Shown one piece after another: positions 62,292 to 64,000 of a stretch of 64,000 nt of DNA. Below the pieces are notes generated by a model that had not been told where the DNA came from, did no database searches, and worked only from the letters and a program-made list of their open reading frames with translations. This DNA is from Octopus sinensis (Eukaryota), in NCBI RefSeq assembly GCF_006345805.1, contig NC_043005.1:13330001-13394000 (forward strand), written 5' to 3'. A program made the position numbers and the translations under genes. The stretch's first letter is position 1. Each line of letters opens with the position of its first letter.

Positions 62292-62516
62292 CCCTTTTCA
62301 AGCCTAGCCAGGCTCATGGGCCCAGTTTCCCGGTTTCTGGACGGGACGCCAGTTCATCGCAGCGTTACTCAAGAAACAGGAAGAGAAAATGAGAGAAAGT
62401 TGGGGCGAAAAAGTACAACAGGGATCGCCACCACCCCGTTCCAGAGCCTCGTGGAGCTTTAGGCGTTTACGCTCAATAAACACACACAACGCCCGGTCTG
62501 GGAATCGAAACCGCGG
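62292..62516 (-). mobile_element. Chimeric SINE: family C-type head with family D tail, 5' end clipped
   Basis: ataaacac.cacaacgcccggtctgggaatcgaaaccgcg (C) joined to ggacgggacgcc..gctcatgggccc (D). Confidence 0.7.
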
Positions 62517-62834
62517 TCGATATATATATCGATATATATATAATGGGAATGGAAATGAACCCAAAGCCATGTGCTTGGGAAGCAAGATACTTACAACACA
62601 GCCACGTATATGTAATTTAAAATTATATTTAGGTGTAGTCTTGTGCTAAACGACGACTCCCTACACTTCCATGTTTACATTCCAAACAAAATGAAACGTG
62701 TTAATACAATGGGTTGTCATAAGTGAGAGAATATAAATGTGAGAATTTAACAATATAAGAACCCACTAGAGCTCACAGTTTATTTTCTCATATATAAGTA
62801 CTCTTTGTATTAGCACGTTTCAATTTGCTTACAA

Positions 62835-62906
<72 letters not shown>

Positions 62907-63294
62907 CATATCTATATATATATATAATGATAATATAAATCATATCTATATGCATATATATACATATATGTACATACTTACATATATATGTATATACATA
63001 AGCATATATGGTCACACACACATATACACACATATATATATATATATCTACATGCATATGCGTGTGTGTGTATCGTGTATGTGTGAGTGTGTACGAAGGC
63101 ACACGCACACATGTACATGTTTATACGTTTGTATAAGTATAGGTTTATGCAAATCAAATTCCCAAGAAGAGATAAGCAGATGAATAGTGGCACGTAGGAA
63201 GATAAAATGGACAATCATAAAGTTCTATAAGTACATACATACACAAGGCATACTTTACACGTAGTCACATGTACTTATATATGCATATCTGTCA

Positions 63295-63384
<90 letters not shown>

Positions 63385-63430
63385 TCATCTGTCTGTCTGT
63401 CTCTATCTGTCTATCTAGCTACCTATCTAT
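62835..63430. repeat. (TA)n/(CATA)n and (TCTA)n microsatellites
   Basis: Direct reading. Confidence 0.9.
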
Positions 63431-63440
63431 ATAAATAAAT

Positions 63441-63797
63441 AGAGGCGCAATGGCCCAGTGTTTAGGGCAGCGGACTCGCGGTCATAGGATCGCGGTTTCG
63501 ATTCCCAGACCGGGCGTTGTGAGTGTTTATTGAGCGAAAACACCTAAAAGCTCCACGAGGCTCCGGCAGGGGATGGTGGTGATCCCTGCTGTACTCTTTC
63601 ACCACAACATTCTCTCACTCTTACTTCCTGTTTCTGTTGTACCTGTATTTCAAGGGCCCGGCCTTGTCACTCTCTGTGTCACGCTGAATATCCCCGAGAA
63701 TGTGCTCATCCACTTACACGTTAATTTCACGAGCAGGCTGTTCCTTTGATTCGGATCAACCGGAACCCTCATCGTCGTAACCGACGGAGTGCTTCCA
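63441..63797 (+). mobile_element. SINE family C with small internal deletion
   Basis: Match to 61234 including the diagnostic gcggtcatagg. Confidence 0.9.
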
Positions 63798-63811
63798 CCA
63801 TAAATAAATAT

Positions 63812-64000
63812 TCTTTTCACCTCTAGGCACAAGACCAGAAATTTATAGGGATAGACACAGTCGATTATATCGACCCCAGTGCGTAACTGGTACTTATTTA
63901 ATCGACCCCGAAAGGATGAAAGGCAAAGTCGACCTCGGCGGAATTTGAACTCAGAACGTAACGGCAGACGAAATACTGCTAAGCATTTCGCCTGGCGTGC
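63812..64000 (-). mobile_element. Family A SINE, type-b tail (runs off window)
   Basis: ttttcacctctaggcacaag tail, core and head start. Confidence 0.85.

Overview
AT-rich, repeat-saturated eukaryotic DNA. It is most likely octopus/coleoid cephalopod, inferred from the tRNA-derived SINE families and microsatellite load; this was not database-checked. No intact host protein-coding exon could be supported, and almost all listed ORFs are microsatellite or repeat read-throughs. Supported content: dozens of tRNA-head SINEs of several modular families; three degraded RTE LINEs; one 5'-truncated R4/Dong-like RLE retrotransposon embedded in (TAA)n; a mariner with both TIRs and two nested TSD-flanked insertions; two Penelope-like (GIY-YIG) 3' fragments; several MITEs; and Helitron-type ends. 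Two signals stand out. (1) About nine minimal type I hammerhead ribozyme motifs from about seven distinct short repeat families, nearly all with a palindromic helix III, and two with non-consensus catalytic cores. (2) SINE concatemers at ten loci joined at one recurrent junction (GAAATAG|GTATTTCG), often fusing monomers with different tails. Also present: a perfect 120-bp inverted repeat, an ~800-bp fold-back MITE palindrome, and a SINE-bounded ~1.27-kb tandem duplication. Most coordinates were hand-counted and may be off by a few bases.
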